Of a DNA stretch of 64,000 nucleotides, positions 62,992-64,000 are shown piece after piece. The notes under the pieces were generated by a model that was given only the letters and a program-made list of their open reading frames with translations, searched no databases and was not told the origin of the DNA. The stretch comes from Aulosira sp. ZfuVER01 (GTDB lineage Bacteria; Cyanobacteriota; Cyanobacteriia; Cyanobacteriales; Nostocaceae), in NCBI GenBank assembly GCA_034530615.2, contig JAVRCV020000015.1, positions 179,702 to 243,701 of the forward strand, read 5' to 3'. The number at the start of each line of letters is the position of its first letter. Within the stretch, counting starts at the first letter, position 1. The position numbers and the translations under genes were made by a program.

Positions 62992-63254
62992 TATGATTCT
63001 CCTGTTTTTTGTTAAACAGTACTCATCCTTGATAGGCTTACTTTTATTCAACTGATGTATTCTTCAGGTGGTTTTAAGACAATTATGCTTAAAGCAAGTT
63101 TAATCAGGTTGATGTATGGAGCTTAGCTAGTTGCAAAATTAAATTTGATAGAGATTACTCATTCGTGTCTAAAGCTAAATCTTCGTTTAAATCAGTTAAA
63201 TCTTGACCTTCAAAATTCGCTTGTACAAGCTTTGGCCATTCAAGAATTGCCCCT

Positions 63255-63930
63255 TCAAATTTTTCCGCAGAGGTGGGAGCACCTGCAAAATCATTTCGGA
63301 TGGCATTAGGGGCATTAATAATCAAAGAAAAGCTAGGGATAAACGACAGATAAACAGTAGAACAAATTAAAGAAAACCCTTATCTACAGTACTTTATAGG
63401 GATGTCATCTTATAGTAATGAAACTCCATTTAATGCATCAGTTAGATAAAAAGCCACGAACTTATCGCCAAATCGCTAGACGTGACTATTTAGAAGTAGC
63501 GAAAAAACGCCGTATCTTCCAGAAACAAAGAAGTAAAGCGATAAAAAAACAGCTCCAATATATTAAAAGAAACCTATCACATATTGAACAGCTAACTCTG
63601 AACGGGGCAACTATACTAAGTCTAACCAATAGGCAATATAAAATGTTGCTAGTAGTTACAGAAGTCTATCGTCAACAACTATGGTTGTCTGAAAATAAAA
63701 AGCAGAGCATTGATGACCACATTGGAGTTCCTTTAGGAAGACCACCAGCCAATATTAGTAAAGAAAAAAAGCAACAAGCTAAAGAAGATGAAAGGATTCG
63801 TAATTCTATTGAGGGAAAGTTTGGTGCGCCGGTGCGTTGGGCGGGTTCCCCAACTTGAAGCAACTGGCAAACCCGTAAGGGACAAGTTAAAAGAAGATTC
63901 AGCCTCAATAGAGTGATGGCTAAACTAAAT
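63255..63930 (+). pseudogene. Fragmented IS5-family transposase remnant
   Basis: GAPAKSFRMALGALIIKEKLGINDR*TVEQIKENPYLQYFIG (stop at 63351-63353), KKPRTYRQIAR, GRPP, RNSIEGKFG...KRRFSL; internal deletions. Confidence 0.85.
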
Positions 63931-64000
63931 CATATAGCCATAGCTAGCTTAGTTAGGACGCTGCTTGCTTGAGAACAGTTTCCATTGCATCACGTAGATT

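Noticed and set aside
63155..63235. Pentapeptide-repeat gene remnant (minus strand, KLVQANFEGQDLTD)
   Set aside because: Too short to distinguish from chance without a search.

Overview
64-kb chromosomal window from a filamentous, probably heterocyst-forming (Nostocales-like) cyanobacterium, judged from abundant HIP1 (GCGATCGC), 7-9-nt STRR tandem repeats and the core genes present. Core loci: mazG (partial), tRNA-Val, larE, cynS, psaAB, glutaminase, tRNA-Thr, rimP-nusA-ylxR-infB, radA/rpaB, nblB-CBS-mutT-DUF760-sigD-carB-dpsA, and a phnDCE-like ABC transporter. Accessory material includes an orphan M.PvuII-like N4-C methyltransferase, a PemK/MazF TA pair, an FHA-ABC transporter/Ser-Thr kinase/DD-carboxypeptidase module, several MITE/REP/SDR elements (some nested), an IS5 remnant, and a Uma2-flanked patch at 34.8-41.3 kb. 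The most unusual signal is in that patch. A 155-aa hypothetical gene (36000-36467) is followed directly by an indel-free array of eleven 21-bp units with consensus GTT-NNN-ARY-NNN-AAN-NTT-NNN. This consensus is approximately self-complementary and its dyad centres lie 10.5 bp apart. Downstream is an NLR-like ATPase-TPR gene interrupted by two identical TAA stops carried on duplicated 102-bp repeats. Family assignments come from motif recognition only; no database searches were run.
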